From: Hormiphora californensis
Lineage: Eukaryota; Animalia; Ctenophora
Length of the DNA stretch: 64,000 bases
Assembly (NCBI GenBank): GCA_020137815.1
Contig: CM035357.1
Span: forward strand, 5,952,001-6,016,000
Direction: 5' to 3'
Shown here: piece after piece, positions 24,588-37,315 of the stretch
How the letters are laid out: each line of letters begins with the position of its first letter
Numbering within the stretch: the first letter of the stretch is position 1
Translations under genes and position numbers: made by a program
Notes under the pieces: generated by a model
What the model saw: the letters and a program-made list of their open reading frames with translations, nothing else
Databases searched by the model: none
Told to the model about the DNA's origin: nothing

Positions 24588-27500
24588 TCAGTTAACTTGA
24601 GCCATGTACAATCTCAGCTTGATGCTCTTCTCTGCTAGGAGGTTGTTAACCTCCAAAGGGTTCACCAGTTTCAATTCATGGTACTCTGTCTCCCCGTCGT
24701 CATTTGTGAAACAGTGCTTTTGGACCTGGAAATAAACATATCGATCAGAATTGTTATGTTCTAACCCTCCTTTACATCTGTAAAAGAGGAGGGCGCGGTG
24801 AAAAGGGTCGAACAAGGCAATATCAGAAGGGGATTCTAAGAGAAATCTAAATAATTAAGGCTGAAATAATCAATAAAAGTTAGGAAGAAGGTAATCGATG
24901 ATAATTGTCCCATCTACTGAGCACACTCTGAAACAAAATGACTGTGTGAGCCACACAAATTAGAGTGCGTTCTACCACCGTAGAAACGATACTCACCTCT
25001 GGTTTGATTTGCACGGTGCAGTAGGGGTCCCTTAGGAAGCAATACTCAATCTCAATTGGATTCTTTCCCTTCTGGAAGATCTTTAAGGATAGAGATCTCT
25101 GGAAATTGTGCTCATCTCCCTGGATCCGACCTCGCACCTGTAATCATATAGGATTGGTAGCCATTGGCCCTCTTTGTAGGGATGCAAGGTAACCAGGGGG
25201 TCACCTAATTGTAACTAAAAAATACTGGTAAAAACTCTGGATTTCGTTCGGATAAACCCTGAATTTCAACAAGACCTTACCAGCCAGTACTGGCCAAAGA
25301 GGTTGAATTTAGAGGATTCGTAGTAGAGCTGGGCAGGAATTTGTTCGGGGGGGGTTTTTCAGTATCAACTGAAAATTACTAGTATATTTAGATGTTCATG
25401 TGTTAGGTTTAAAAGGGCCCCTTTTCCAGTTTGATCTATTTCTGGCATCAAAGCTTGCCTAAACCCCCTTTTTTGGCCAATTCATTAATTACAGGCACCT
25501 GTTGCATCCACACTTGCATGTGCGTTGTGAAAAAAAAATAGGGATTTTAGGAATCAACTCCCTCCCCCATCGGGGACATGGACCAACTTTTGACAGTAAA
25601 AGAAAATGGAAATTTATTAGCGGGGGGCTTGTTATTTGGCTTCACCGACAGAAGCCCGTCAAAAATGCCAACCCTTAATTCGGAGAGAGCCCTTTCAAGA
25701 ATAAATTTATTGAAGATGTAGTAACTTCCGGTCATTAATTAAAAATTTAAATCGAAATTACTCGCTTGACGTATGTAACAAGTAGCATGAGTGTTCGGGG
25801 TGAAAAAAGAAAATTTGGGTGTCAAATCCCAAACAAAAGTAAGGGAAAATTTACAACCGAGGTGTTACTACAGGTAAAGAGGGTAAATTACTGGGTAAAA
25901 TTGAGGAAATTGAGGTAAAATTGAGGTAAAATTTGGGGGAAATTACTGTAATCTGCATTTTTCTGATCAAAAATTTCGTTTTTTTCCGATATTAAAAATC
26001 TGAAGGCCCATGGGATAAAAGTTTTAAAGAAATTAATAGTGTAAAAATTTAACAGGAGTAATAACATATTGACGCGTTTAGCCCAAAGTCAGTGAGAGAT
26101 TTTTTCCCCCCCCCCTTATTATGCACATTATGTGTAAGAGTGTGTCAGTTTTTGTGAGAGGGGGAAGGGGGGGAAAAAAGGAGGAGAGAGGAAAGAGAGA
26201 GAGAGAGAGAGAGAAAGAGAAAAGGGGGGGGAAAGGGGGGGGGGGGCTTGGGGGGGGGGGGGGGGGGGGTCCCGCGGGGGCGGGGGGCGGCGCGGCGCGA
26301 GGGGGGGGGGGGCCACGCTTTCCCCCCTTTTCTTTTCCCCTTTCACCCCGGGCTCCAATCTGGGGGGGCCCAAAGGGGGGGGGGCCCCCCCCCCGCCCCT
26401 CCCGGTTTGGCCCCCTTTCTCTTTGGGGGGGGGGCCCGGGGGCCCCCGGGGGGCCCCCACAAAAAACCCCCTTGGTGTTGGGGGGGGGGGAACCCCCCCC
26501 CCCCGGGGTCCCTTCCGGGGGGGGCGGGAGCCCCCAAAGGGGGGCCCCTTTTGGGGGGGAAAAAAGGGGGCCCCTGCTTTGGGGGGGGGGGGGGGGGCCG
26601 GAGGGGTGGGGCAAGAAGGCATATGGCGGGGTTCTTCTGCACAAAAATGGCCGTTTTGGGGCTTATACAAACAGCACCGTCCAGGTTTTAAACGAGTTTT
26701 CTCCCTCTCTCTACCTCACTATTTATCCTTCCTCCCTTCTTAGATACATCTCCCTCCCTCTTTCTCTCTCTCTCATCTACCGAAAATATAGATACTCGAT
26801 ATCACTTAGATCTCTAATGTTGGTGTGTGGAGACTTGGGATAAATCTCCAAATAAGAAAAAAAGAAAAGCCTACTCTGGCTAGTGTCTTTTACTTGGACA
26901 TCATGATATTGTAATTTGACCAAATTGTTAAAACATTATACCAAATTGTAAACCAAATTTCTAAAACGTCAGTACTATAATTTACCTGTTCGTCATGTCG
27001 TTTTTCGTGTTTACTAAACTGGCCCATCACCTCTCGGCAGGGTTTGCTCTGAAAATCACACTCCTCTAGGTGAGAGTGTTGCTGGTGAACTGGCCCCGTC
27101 CAACTACACCCAACCATGTTGAATAGACATGTCACTGGCCTGGGGGAGAGGGAGGGGTGTTAGACATGTTACAGACTTGTTATAACATGAAACACCTACA
27201 AATGTAAAGGGAGGGTTAGAACATTATAAATAATGTTCTAACACTCCCTTTACATTTGTAGGTGTTTCGGGTGCGGGGCGCCCGAAACACAGTCTAGCCA
27301 GGTAAGTTACAGGCCTGGGCACGGCGTGCCTGGTGAATGAGATGGAGGGTTGTTAATTTATGACTGTGTTAATTTATGGATGTGTGGAGATAGTAACTAG
27401 AAGATCATGGATTAGATATTTATGTTGGTCACCAGTAAAGTGGTAAATCTCAAATTGGAACGTGAGATGGAAGGAAATAAGCATTTACTGAGCGTGTAGT

Positions 27501-28815
27501 AATAGTATGATGAGGGAATGTAATTTGGCAGTTAAATCACGCTTCAGTGTTGCTGAAAATGCGCTAATGTGCGAATTCTACCGTTGAAACGGCAGCTACA
27601 GCTGGGCACGTGCATCTTCCTCTCTTTCAGTATCTATCTTTTCGTGTATATATCCCAGTGTGACTCTCTCGGTCATTATCTCTCTCAATACCTCAGTCTC
27701 TCATGGTCTGCTAAGATCAGTAGTACAATTCTTACCTGGATTTACATTCCTTGGAGTGTATGCTGAGCTTCCCTCGTGACATGGTACAATTACAGTAGAT
27801 GCACTCTGTGAGCAGCTCACTGAGGGTCTGCTCCACTGCCAAGTTCCGGGCACAAGAACTTCTGGAGATGTCCACCCGACATTTCGGGCACCTCGCCTGT
27901 TCGTCCTGAGGAGAATTAATTAGAGGGGGATTGTGGACAGTACTTGACTTATGGCGAGTGGTATTCTCGAACATACATAAATAGAATTAGAGGAGAGGAT
28001 CATGGCCAGAACATGAAGATCCAGGTGAGATTCATATGAAAGGGTATGGTATTTCCCCATTTCAAATTAGCAAGCACTTATCAATGTTATGAAACCACTG
28101 ACCCTCAAGTCTCAACCAACAATATAGATACACCTTGGTTACGAAGTCACCCCTTAATATTTCACTGGGGCGCTCGCGCAGAGGGGTAATTTCATTACAA
28201 TATCTACATCCTACCCGAGCCTACCTTGATTCGAGCATCAGCCAGCAGCCGGTAGAAGCACCCAATACACATAAGGTGACCGTAATGACACTGGTACACT
28301 TCAACGGAGGGATTCGCTGATAAAGATAGGGCGTTTATTGGATAGGAACATATATCATACATTCACTACCAGTAACAAGACATAGGAATCACAACAAGTC
28401 TCACAACTTGGCAAATACCAAGGACAGACAACTTGTGGCAGGGTGGTACCTCTCACGGTGTGGGTTTACCTAGACAGACGGTACAGATAAGAACCTCTGA
28501 AATTCTATCATGAAACTGGAGAACTTGGGCTTCCTTATCGTTATTTATCTTGATCTGAAAAACAGAGGGGTGAATTCTGACAGGTGTGCTGATAAAGCTG
28601 GTAATACAAGTTGGGCTGCAAAATGCTCCTGCAGAAGTCAGAAAAATATTCATATGTTTCACCCGAAATTTTTCTAATGAATGAAAACTCACTCGTTTAG
28701 TTTTGTTACGGGGTAGATCACGGTCAGGGGTTGAATCTCTACTGAGACGCATACTATCGTCCAAATCTCTGGAGAACTGACGTTCCCTCGTCCATCTCTC
28801 ACCGCTTCCAGACAT
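24588..28815 (-). CDS. CYHR1: Cysteine and histidine-rich protein 1 (RING plus TRAF/SIAH-type zinc finger), multi-exon
   Basis: Spliced peptides [33 protein letters not shown]|[58 protein letters not shown]...[14 protein letters not shown] match the CYHR1/ZFTRAF1 family. One middle exon probably lies in the garbled 25.4-26.7 kb stretch. Confidence 0.9.
24751..24820 (+). mobile_element. 70-bp TTG...CAA mini-transposon, 8-bp TSD (7/8 match)
   Basis: gatcagaa|TTGTTATGTTCTAACCC...GGGTCGAACAAGGCAA|tatcagaa. Confidence 0.8.
25200..26700. other. Low-quality, homopolymer-inflated sequence
   Basis: Abrupt appearance of dense G/C/A/T runs, and a garbled start to a CYHR1 exon at ~25350. Confidence 0.75.
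27177..27305 (+). mobile_element. TTG-family mini-transposon with internal inverted duplication; imperfect 9-bp TSD
   Basis: gttacagac|TTGTTA...CTAGCCAGGTAA|gttacaggc. Internal hairpin 27189-27268; right half matches the 14277 copy. Confidence 0.7.
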
Positions 28816-29437
28816 TGGCTTTGACAGGAAGGAAGTTACGCTTACTAAAACATCGATAGCAGTCGGGAGACCACTTTGGTGTGCTCAAACGCGGATGTTT
28901 TATCTCTAAATTTCGTGAAAAATTAAAATAATGAACTCTGAGGGACCTTTGATGGTTTGATACCGTAAATTTCAAAATTAATAAAAAAGAAGACGCCTTC
29001 GGGCAGTTTATATAACGTCATTTCACCTTGGAACAGCGCCTTTTTCAGAGCTTGAAATTTGGTTTGTTGTCACGACGACTGAAAATCACGTTTTTCATGG
29101 AATATTTAAATTTGTTTTTGCTAAACCGCGCGGCGCGGCCTTCTATGAGACGCACACAAAAATGGATTTGCGCGTCACCAAATGCTAACCTTTTCAACTT
29201 TCCACATCGCGCACCCTTCCCAGGGAGTCTTCACCACGCGTTGCGCCGTCACTTTTGGCGGTCCGAACAAAAGACATACATACGACAAACGTTATTTTCT
29301 GATTGGAAACATTGAAGCAATATCAACGTAATACAGCACTATTAATGATATTACTTGTTATAAGGCGTGATAAAAATATTAAAAGAATAAATAGAAACAG
29401 TCATCTGTCAGCACCACGCTCATATTGTTCTCTCTCC

Positions 29438-29725
29438 TCAGCTCTGAGGACTAACATTTTGGATCAGGGTTATGTTATCTCCCTTCACAAGAATTCTCCC
29501 AACACTCTTCCTCTCGCCCCTCTTAATATGAACCTCCTCGGCGTCATCAAGCACGAGATTCATGTACTCGTCAAATCCAATGATGTGACCCTCAATTCGG
29601 AGGTTCTTCTGGTCAAACAGCCACATTTGGATTCGGGATCGGTTCTGAAGGAACCTGAAGATCAGGTTAATGGGCTGGACCATGAGTTTCTGGACCTTCT
29701 GTTGGCCGCCTCCTCTGAATGCCAT
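29438..29725 (-). CDS. SNRPE: Small nuclear ribonucleoprotein E (SmE), intronless CDS
   Basis: [18 protein letters not shown]...[21 protein letters not shown]...[14 protein letters not shown]. Confidence 0.98.
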   Translation of the reverse strand: MAFRGGGQQKVQKLMVQPINLIFRFLQNRSRIQMWLFDQKNLRIEGHIIGFDEYMNLVLDDAEEVHIKRGERKSVGRILVKGDNITLIQNVSPQS

Positions 29726-29986
29726 GACTACTGAGTGATGCTAGAGGGAGATGATGGTTGGGTTAGGGGGCAATCGATTGGATATTGGCGGAAGAGAGAC
29801 ATAGTAGGGGAATGGGGGAAACAAATCATGTTTGAGAAACAACTAGAAGAATAAACTTGCAATAAAAAAAACGAAAGTACTCATTCAAATTTCAAAATGT
29901 CTAAACACACGCAACTAACTAAAGCACAACTCCAAAAAAAACTATATCTCCCAACACACACACATTCAACTAATCTTTTAACACAT

Positions 29987-30868
29987 TCAAAACAAGAAAT
30001 CCCGCTTCATATATCTCTTGCTCAAATCCCACATTTCATCTACATTCTCCTTTTTACCCTCTAACAACAAGATCCCCATATTCTTTAGTTTATCCAACAT
30101 TGAGCGAGATATGGACCTACAGTCATCCATCGCTATCTGTCTCAATGTCCCTACACTCCTCCGCCACCTGCTCTGACACTCCTATCTCCAATCTTGAAAA
30201 CAACCACTGATCTTTAAAATACGGAGATTTCTTACAAAATATAAACATTCTCACTACCCTCATCTGAAACTTTGTAACACTTGTTAACATTCACACATTC
30301 AATGTCCCCGAAAAATGTGACAATATCATTAATTGTTTCATCATTTGTGTACCACGTCCCAGGCAAGAGATACACTACTCTGAGGGGACAAGTGACTTAG
30401 GGAGAGCGTCCACTTCAGCCATTCAGGTTCCTACACCAGTTAGCAATGAATATAGTTTAGTTTGGAAAGAGGCCGGGATAGGGCACCATGTGATTCATTG
30501 AACCCCTTGAACACTGCTGACGTCACTCTGTAACACTTGCTGATATTCAAATGTTCTAACCCTGGGTTGTGTTCTATAAACAACCTCAGGGCGTTGTTGG
30601 TAATCCCATCCGCACACCCACTAACATCTAACACTCTCAAACAGGATGTTACATCCGCCACTGTCCTCAAATGAACCTCCTTGATCTTTCTCTTTAGTTC
30701 AGGTGTTAGGAGAAGTGTGGAGCCGGTAGAGAGGTGGTCTAGGACGAGGTGGTGGAACGTCAGACATGTTAGAGAGAGTTGGTGGAGGGATGTCAGGTCT
30801 AGGAAGGGGAGGATGTGTTGGAGGATGCACTCTGTGGAGATGTAGGATAGGATGGATGGGCCACCCAT
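29987..30868 (-). CDS. F-box/LRR protein, FBXL15-like; several apparent frameshifts at ~30150-30450
   Basis: N-terminal F-box (CILQHILPFLDLTSLHQLSLTC), LRRs (LRVLDVSGC, LEHLNISKCYRVT, VNVNKCYKVSDEG, LRILKISGC) and tail LRQIAMDDCRSISRSMLDKLKNMG...FLF* when read across the indels. Confidence 0.75.
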
Positions 30869-31471
30869 GTCCAATCAGTAGGGGAGGTAGCCAGGGGATA
30901 TATTTCCACTCAGGGAATCCGGAGTATCATCTCATCTGCATGGGAGAGCTAGAGGGGGTTGTATCATTAGGAGGTCTGATCTGGGAGGGAGCTAGAGAGA
31001 GAGGGATTGTTAGAACTGAGAGGTCAGAGATGAGATCGAGGGGTTCTGACAGAAGCGGGGTGGGGCCGGACAGGAGGGTGATACAATAGAGGAGATGGGC
31101 GAGATGAATGGCCAGAGAGACAGTAATTGACGATTAGCGAAACTACGCAATGTACAGCACGTGGACCTCATGTGTACCAGAACTGCACAGCGACAAATGA
31201 GATACACGCCTTATATATTACTCTGACCCTTCATTACAAATAGATGCAGTAATAAAATATTTCCCGAAATAAAAACATCAAATATATTATCCCACACAAA
31301 TAATCGATCTGACAATATCGGCTAACAATCTGATTCAATGGCCACAATTCTTCAACGGTGCACAAGAAGAAATTTCGTTGTTCCAATGCCGTCAATCCTC
31401 TCTCCTTCATCTCATTGCGATTAAACTGTGCTGTACAACATTTCCTCCTACCCTCAAACATTTTCAACTTC

Positions 31472-32361
31472 TCAATTATCATCACCATCATTTGATCTCA
31501 TACTCAATCATCCTCTGATACTGCACTCTCCCTCAATTATCTTGATCTGATTACTGCAGTCCCACTATTCAATCATCATCCTCATCATCCTCATCTGACG
31601 TCATATCTAGGTCACGTGACAAGATCTCTATTAACTTGTTACTCCCCTGATCCTCTACCACCTTATCAGGCTGGCCTAGAGGAGTTATCACCGTACTGCT
31701 AACAACCCCACTCTCAACCCCACCACTCTCTGCCCCACTCTCCCCACTACTACTCATATCAGAGTCCGATCCACTGCTATCATCTTCAGAGAGGTTATTG
31801 GCAGGTGGAGGGGGTGGAGGTGGAGGTGCGGATATCCGGGCTTGTTTCTCAGGGTGGAGGCGCTGCTGCTACAACTGGTGGTGGGGTGGGTTCTGGAGTT
31901 GGTGAGGGGGTGTGTTGTTTCCTAGTTTCAAGATGAGAGGAGGAGGAGGAGGAGGGTAGGGAGGGAGATGGAGATGATTCAGATGGTTCGTCTCGTTTCA
32001 CTCCACTCTTTATTGTCTTCTTACTGACACTCCTATGCTTTTTGACTCGTATCATGTTACTGATCCGTTCCAATGTGACCGTCTTGGTTGCCTCATCAAC
32101 CACTAAGAAACAGTCCTTTTGGGCGAGTTGTCGGTTACCCTGGAACTCTAGACACTCGTTATTATCCCTGTGAGGTAGAATAACAGAGACATCGCTCTTT
32201 CCTGATAGTTTCATCTGTCCAGCTTGTTTGGCGTTCACTGAGGCAGGTTTAAAGTCGTATTGGACACCGTGTACAAGTTCCGAGGGGATGTGATCCCAGG
32301 TTGGGCCCAGTTTGAGAGTGTAGTTTGCACCGGGTGTTAGGTAGTCTGACTCCGAGGACAT
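31472..32361 (-). CDS. EAF: ELL-associated factor (EAF1/EAF2 family); apparent frameshifts at ~31850 and ~31570
   Basis: YTLKLG...YDFKPASV...FQGN...QKDCFLVVD...VTLERIS..IRVKK, followed by a Ser/Pro/acidic tail with ILSRDLDMTSD. The stop is at either 31569 or ~31472. Confidence 0.9.
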
Positions 32362-32929
32362 GGTCTAGAGAGGGAGAGAGAGGAGTTTGTGTTAAACGGG
32401 AGGGGTTATTGAGAGTGTTCATGGAATTTAGGACGAAGGTTTTGGGGGCCGGGGGTATTGTTGCCGCCTAATTGTTGTCAATTATAAGAAACAAAACAGA
32501 TGGGGGTACCCGGTGGGTGTTTGAGGGCAAGGGAATAGTAAAACTCAAGGATGGTGTAACTAAGTTTTACATTACTAAGTTTACATATAATGCAAGAAGA
32601 AGTGTGAACACACAGACATATAACACAAACACTTTCAAACCAACACTTTTAACAAATACCCACACAGTCACAGGTATAATAACTATTATTAGGAAGCATC
32701 TTAAATCTAGAAAAGTATGGGAACTTTATGTTGCTACTTGTTTGATAAAAGAGTTGTAGTTTCTACAATGAACTTATACCAGTTTCTTCACAGTTTTCAC
32801 TCAAAACACTCACTTAAATAAAACACCCGCTACTGTCAATAAATTAATGTTTTTAACGTGGTATAACTTTAAACACTTTGTAGTCAGTCAATTAAATAAC
32901 ACCCCATCCCCGCCGTCACCTCCTATCCC

Positions 32930-34000
32930 TCAGGACTGGACCTCTGTTTCACTGCTAGGCTGATCGAATTGATGTCCATAATATAACCCAAACTGAGGGG
33001 GTGCCTGCTGTGCTCCAGGTTCCATGTACTGGTAGTACTGCTGATAATAAGCGTTCCAGTAGTTAGCCACATACTCCCTATACGTTGTGTGGCTCCCACC
33101 TGACTTGTAATTCTTGTAGGTACCTGCCCCCGCCGCAGCGTTACCCGGATACTCTCGGCCCCAGAAAACTTTCACAAATCCCTCCCTCACAGGTGCACCG
33201 TGGAGTTTAGAAATGCACATGGCCGCCTCCTCGTGAGATGACATCCTGACAAAAGCATATCGTTTCTCCGCGAACACCTTCACATCAACCACGGCCCCGT
33301 ACTTCAGAACCATTTCCCGGAGATCGTTATCAGTGGCGTTATCTGGCAGGTTGCCAAAGTATACTGTAGTGTTGGTAGCGGTGGAGGATCCGAGAGCCTC
33401 AGAGTAGGAGATCTGACGGTAGCCAGAGTTCTTGCCAGTGATTTCACCGTCCGGTCCTTTTCGTGATGCCCAGTTGGTTCGGATGGGTCGGTTACCAATG
33501 TACTCTCCGTTCATATCTTCAATCGCTTTCGCTGCTTCCTCCTTGGTTTGAAAAGAGAGGAAAGCAAAGCCCTTAGATTTACCAGTGTTGGGATCCTTCA
33601 TTATCCGGACGCTGGTGATCTTTCCAAACTCGTAGAAAGCCTTCGCGAGATCACTCGCCTGGACATCTTGGCTTAGATCCCCCACGAAAATATGGAAATC
33701 GTTCGATAAATCTCGTTTTTGGTTGGATTTGTTGGTCGCGAACCGAACCACAACGATTTTGTCGAGGATTTTCTGCTCATTCATGGCACAACGAGCATGG
33801 TCTGCATCCTCCAGTCGTTTGAACTCTACAAAAGCGTAAGGATCTTGACCGGGTGTTTCAGGGAACATTTTACAGGAAACCAGATCACCATACTTGGAGA
33901 AAAGTTCTGACAGAATCTCTTCGGTAACTTTGGGGTGCAGGTGGCCTACGTACAGAGATTTCTGGATCTCTTGCTCGTCGAAAGCTTCAGCGTCCGACAT
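32930..34000 (-). CDS. TIA1: TIA1/TIAR-family 3-RRM RNA-binding protein, intronless CDS
   Basis: Three RRMs (SLYVGHL; FHIFVGDLS...TGKSKGFAF...IRTNWASRK; NTTVYFGNL...VKVFWG) and a Q/Y-rich tail. Likely start MSDAEAF at 34000, directly after an acceptor. Confidence 0.93.
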   Translation of the reverse strand: MSDAEAFDEQEIQKSLYVGHLHPKVTEEILSELFSKYGDLVSCKMFPETPGQDPYAFVEFKRLEDADHARCAMNEQKILDKIVVVRFATNKSNQKRDLSNDFHIFVGDLSQDVQASDLAKAFYEFGKITSVRIMKDPNTGKSKGFAFLSFQTKEEAAKAIEDMNGEYIGNRPIRTNWASRKGPDGEITGKNSGYRQISYSEALGSSTATNTTVYFGNLPDNATDNDLREMVLKYGAVVDVKVFAEKRYAFVRMSSHEEAAMCISKLHGAPVREGFVKVFWGREYPGNAAAGAGTYKNYKSGGSHTTYREYVANYWNAYYQQYYQYMEPGAQQAPPQFGLYYGHQFDQPSSETEVQS

Positions 34001-34105
34001 AGCTAAATATAGGGAAAGTCTGGTATTATCAAGAATATAGACAAAACAATACAAGGATATTGGCTTTTTAGTTATTTTCTCTTTTAGATATTTAAGAAAA
34101 TAAAG

Positions 34106-34250
34106 TCCATTTTTATTCAACTGTTCACCCTCCAACTCGTGCGCGTGCGATATTTTAATTTACGCTGTGCACGCTACACATTAACATGTGATAGACGCGC
34201 AAAACAATTCTGCGCACGACTTTGGGGGGTGAACAGTTGAAAAAAATGGA
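34106..34250. repeat. ~145-bp imperfect palindrome in the F-box/TIA1 intergenic gap
   Basis: TCCATTTTTATTCAACTGTTCACCCTCCAACTCGTGCGC pairs with GCGCACGACTTTGGGGGGTGAACAGTTGAAAAAAATGGA. Confidence 0.75.
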
Positions 34251-34339
34251 GTATAGAAAGAAATTTGTAATTAAAATTCAAAACAACCCTAACAGAAAAG
34301 TAAATCAAACGGAGATACAGTGGATAGTGCCCTTTAGAG

Positions 34340-36166
34340 TTAAGTAAATAGACATAAAACAATACAGCTCTGCTCTTTACTGGTAGCACAATTAATCATT
34401 GTTTTTGTAAAAAAGTCAATTAATTTCATATCTTTTATCATGTTCATTTTAATATTCAATGTTGGTGAATGTCGGTTGATGGAGGAAATCATACACAAAA
34501 AACTCCCAGTTACAGTATCGCAGCCAGTGATATCGAGCTGTTTAAGATGTTTTAAGTTGTGAATGAGAAGAGCGACTTCCGTATCCTGGACATAGGTCAG
34601 ACAAAGATATTCCAAGTTCTTACAGGTTGAGAGAAACGCTGCATTGACACCAGAAAACGGACACGAGAGTGATCGTACTCGGTGCATCAGCTGGACTGTT
34701 TCAATTCTGATTTCTTCTTGCGAGTGCATCAACCCAGTTAGCTCTAAGTTGTGTAAACGTGGGCATTTCTTCATCAGCAGGGGGATACATTTTTTCATTG
34801 AGTACTGGTTGTTGAAGCCGAATTTCTCGAGATTAGGCATCAAAGGAATGAGAACCAGCAGTCTCTCAGAGTAATCAAAATCGTGATCAACACAATAAAC
34901 ACCGAAGGATTTCAGCATGGGAAGTGGAGGAATTGTATGCACGTCTAGTTCCTTGAGGCTAAAAATAGAAAATCGAACTTTCTCAAGAGTGCTACTAAAA
35001 GCCTGTATGACCTCTGTGATAGTACTGCGATGGTGGGACTTTTCAGGAAATACTATGGAGCGAACAGCGTTTTCCCTCAAACAAGTCTTGATACAGTCTC
35101 CTGAAACCTCCGTGCAAGATTGAATGTCAATGTCTGTTAAATTAGGTGTTTTTAGAAGGAATTTCTCAAACTTTTCCTCTTCCAGAGAACCAACAATCTC
35201 AAGACTCGTCAAGCTGTGAAAACAGGGTAGAGAATCAGTATCGATAAGACAACTCCCAGGTATTGAAAGCTCCTCTAGTGTGTCAGAAACGACTTGCAAA
35301 ACGCTCATTGCGGCCTTTAGCTCCGTCTCTGCATCACGGTCAAACGTAAGTTGACGGAGAGGAATTTTTTGGAGAGCTTTTGCAGCGAGGTCTCCATTCT
35401 TCAATCCAAATTCCATGGTAAGACTCTCAAGGTTTTGAAGAGTGGGAACATTTTCCCATTGGGGTGTCGTCAGAGTAATGTTAACCGTTATTTTAGACAG
35501 AAAAGTAGACAATGCAAACCCCAAAGCTGTTGTGGTATCGTATACGATGATCAATTTTTTCAAGTTTCTGCATTTTCTCAGGGCGATCAGGTGGTCAAAC
35601 GAAATTTTATAAGATAATCGTATTAAATCAACTTCTTCGACTATATCTTGGAACAAATTTAGTGCTGGAACAAGGTATTTTTCATGACATTTCACCCATC
35701 CCTTTGATTCATTAAACAATCCAAATCGAGTCAGGATCTTTTGGGTGGACCGCAAAATCCGAACAGACCGCCTCAAAGATTCTCGTGACATATTATACCA
35801 CAGTTTGCAGACTTTCCCACACTTCAACAGCTCGTGCGGTTCTAAAAATGTAAAGATCTGCAACAACATCTCATCAGGTAACTGGTGAAGCGTTGGCTCT
35901 CCCTCAACGTCTCCTTCTCTGCTCCACTCTGGAAAGCGAGCCTTCTGATCTCCATCATCAACAACCCTGGGTTTACGTGAGCCTAGAAGTGCATCCGATA
36001 TCATAGCCCATTTCTTGGAGACATCCCGGCAGACGAGAAGTTGGGAAGAGTCCACGTAGTGCAAGATGTACATAAGGACTTCACCGGGGAGTTGATCAAA
36101 CGGGGAGTCATTTGGTCGAAGTTTTTTGAGATGGGGCTCCGAGGAGATATCTTCATCTATTTTCAT
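34340..36166 (-). CDS. Double F-box plus LRR protein, 608 aa, intronless
   Basis: Two F-boxes (FDQLPGEVLMYILHYV...CRDVSKKW and LHQLPDEMLLQIFTFL...CGKVCKLW), then LRRs (PNLTDIDIQSC, LKQLDITGC). Confidence 0.9.
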   Translation of the reverse strand: MKIDEDISSEPHLKKLRPNDSPFDQLPGEVLMYILHYVDSSQLLVCRDVSKKWAMISDALLGSRKPRVVDDGDQKARFPEWSREGDVEGEPTLHQLPDEMLLQIFTFLEPHELLKCGKVCKLWYNMSRESLRRSVRILRSTQKILTRFGLFNESKGWVKCHEKYLVPALNLFQDIVEEVDLIRLSYKISFDHLIALRKCRNLKKLIIVYDTTTALGFALSTFLSKITVNITLTTPQWENVPTLQNLESLTMEFGLKNGDLAAKALQKIPLRQLTFDRDAETELKAAMSVLQVVSDTLEELSIPGSCLIDTDSLPCFHSLTSLEIVGSLEEEKFEKFLLKTPNLTDIDIQSCTEVSGDCIKTCLRENAVRSIVFPEKSHHRSTITEVIQAFSSTLEKVRFSIFSLKELDVHTIPPLPMLKSFGVYCVDHDFDYSERLLVLIPLMPNLEKFGFNNQYSMKKCIPLLMKKCPRLHNLELTGLMHSQEEIRIETVQLMHRVRSLSCPFSGVNAAFLSTCKNLEYLCLTYVQDTEVALLIHNLKHLKQLDITGCDTVTGSFLCMISSINRHSPTLNIKMNMIKDMKLIDFFTKTMINCATSKEQSCIVLCLFT

Positions 36167-36299
36167 GATCCTAAAACATGGTGTGTGAAATGGGGTATGT
36201 AGTCTAGTTAGTCACCTAGTCAAGCATAGTGAAACAGATTAATAATTGATACATTACATTATAATTTAAGCCACTGGTTGACTGTTTAGAAGGGCGATA

Positions 36300-37315
36300 A
36301 AGTCGGATTTTTTGAAACTGTCACCCCCCTAGAGTTTTCAAATTTCTTTTAATGACCATAAGTCCGGTTCCTGATGAGATAGAGACTTGAAATTTGGAAG
36401 TTACGAAGACTAGAGTACCCGAGCTATGACAATGCACAAAAAGGGGTGGCACGCGACTTTAACCATGTGGTGATCTAACCGCTCCTACTATCATACACAT
36501 TGGGTTTTTGAAAAACGGCGAGGCGGGTAAATCATTTACTGTAACGCGCGAATTTTCCCAAAAAAAGCGCTGCTTTTTTACGCCGCGCAGAACCTAAAAT
36601 TACGCGCGCAGTGTAAAATTTTAAAATTCATTGAAAATTTCCTCGCGTTTTATGTCGCAAAAAAAAGTCGACGAAAAATTCCAAATTCGTGAATTATAAA
36701 AACTCCCGACTCCGGTCAGTTCTCATCTTGCCAATCCGTTTTCCGGGAACCCCTGGCCAAAGGACATTAAAATTCACATACCGACCAAGTTTCATATCGA
36801 TTGGATAAGATTTTGGGTGGCTACGGTGAAAAATATCGCATTTTTGGCATTTTTAACTTTCCCGACGCGATTTACGACCCTTAAACATTGAGTTACGGGA
36901 AATCGCTATCAGGTAAAATGAAGTTCAAACGATTCTCTTTCCCCACTATTGCGTTAGTTTTTTGATTTAGAGCCGTTTTCAGGGTCTTAGAAGCGTTTGA
37001 AAAAATGTAAGTATTTTTGGCGCAATGACGTCACCCCGTGACGTCACTGTTGTAAAGATCGGATCAAAAATCTGAGCCCGTACTTACACCCGCCTTGGTC
37101 CAAAGTACCAGTGTACAAATTTTCAGGGGTCTAGCTCAAAAACTGTAGGAGGAGTAGGGAGAAAACAATTATCGGACTAACATTTTGGAAATTATTATAT
37201 GGATCTTGCTAAGTTCTTCCGAACCTCCAAATTTCAAGTCTCTATCTTATCAGGAACCGGAGATATGACAAATTTTGTTATTTCAGGGGGGTGACAGTTT
37301 CAAAAAATCCGAGTA
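36300..37315. mobile_element. 1016-bp Tc1/mariner-type non-autonomous element, TA TSD
   Basis: TIR TCGGATTTTTTGAAACTGTCACCCCCC. Filled site GCGA-TA-[element]-TA-CAACG versus empty site GCGA-TA-CAACG at ~39014-39024. Confidence 0.9.

Noticed and set aside
26078-26843. Gly/Pro-rich collagen-like ORFs and apparent G-quadruplex island
   Set aside because: Homopolymer-inflated, low-quality sequence inside a CYHR1 intron.
29987-31860. Pseudogenisation or programmed frameshifting of EAF and the FBXL15-like gene
   Set aside because: Clustered small insertions across adjacent conserved genes are better explained by consensus error; needs polishing.
34001-34135. N-terminal extension of the TIA1 ORF in the ORF track
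   Set aside because: Lies upstream of a clear acceptor and starts at a non-ATG codon; the likely start is 34000.
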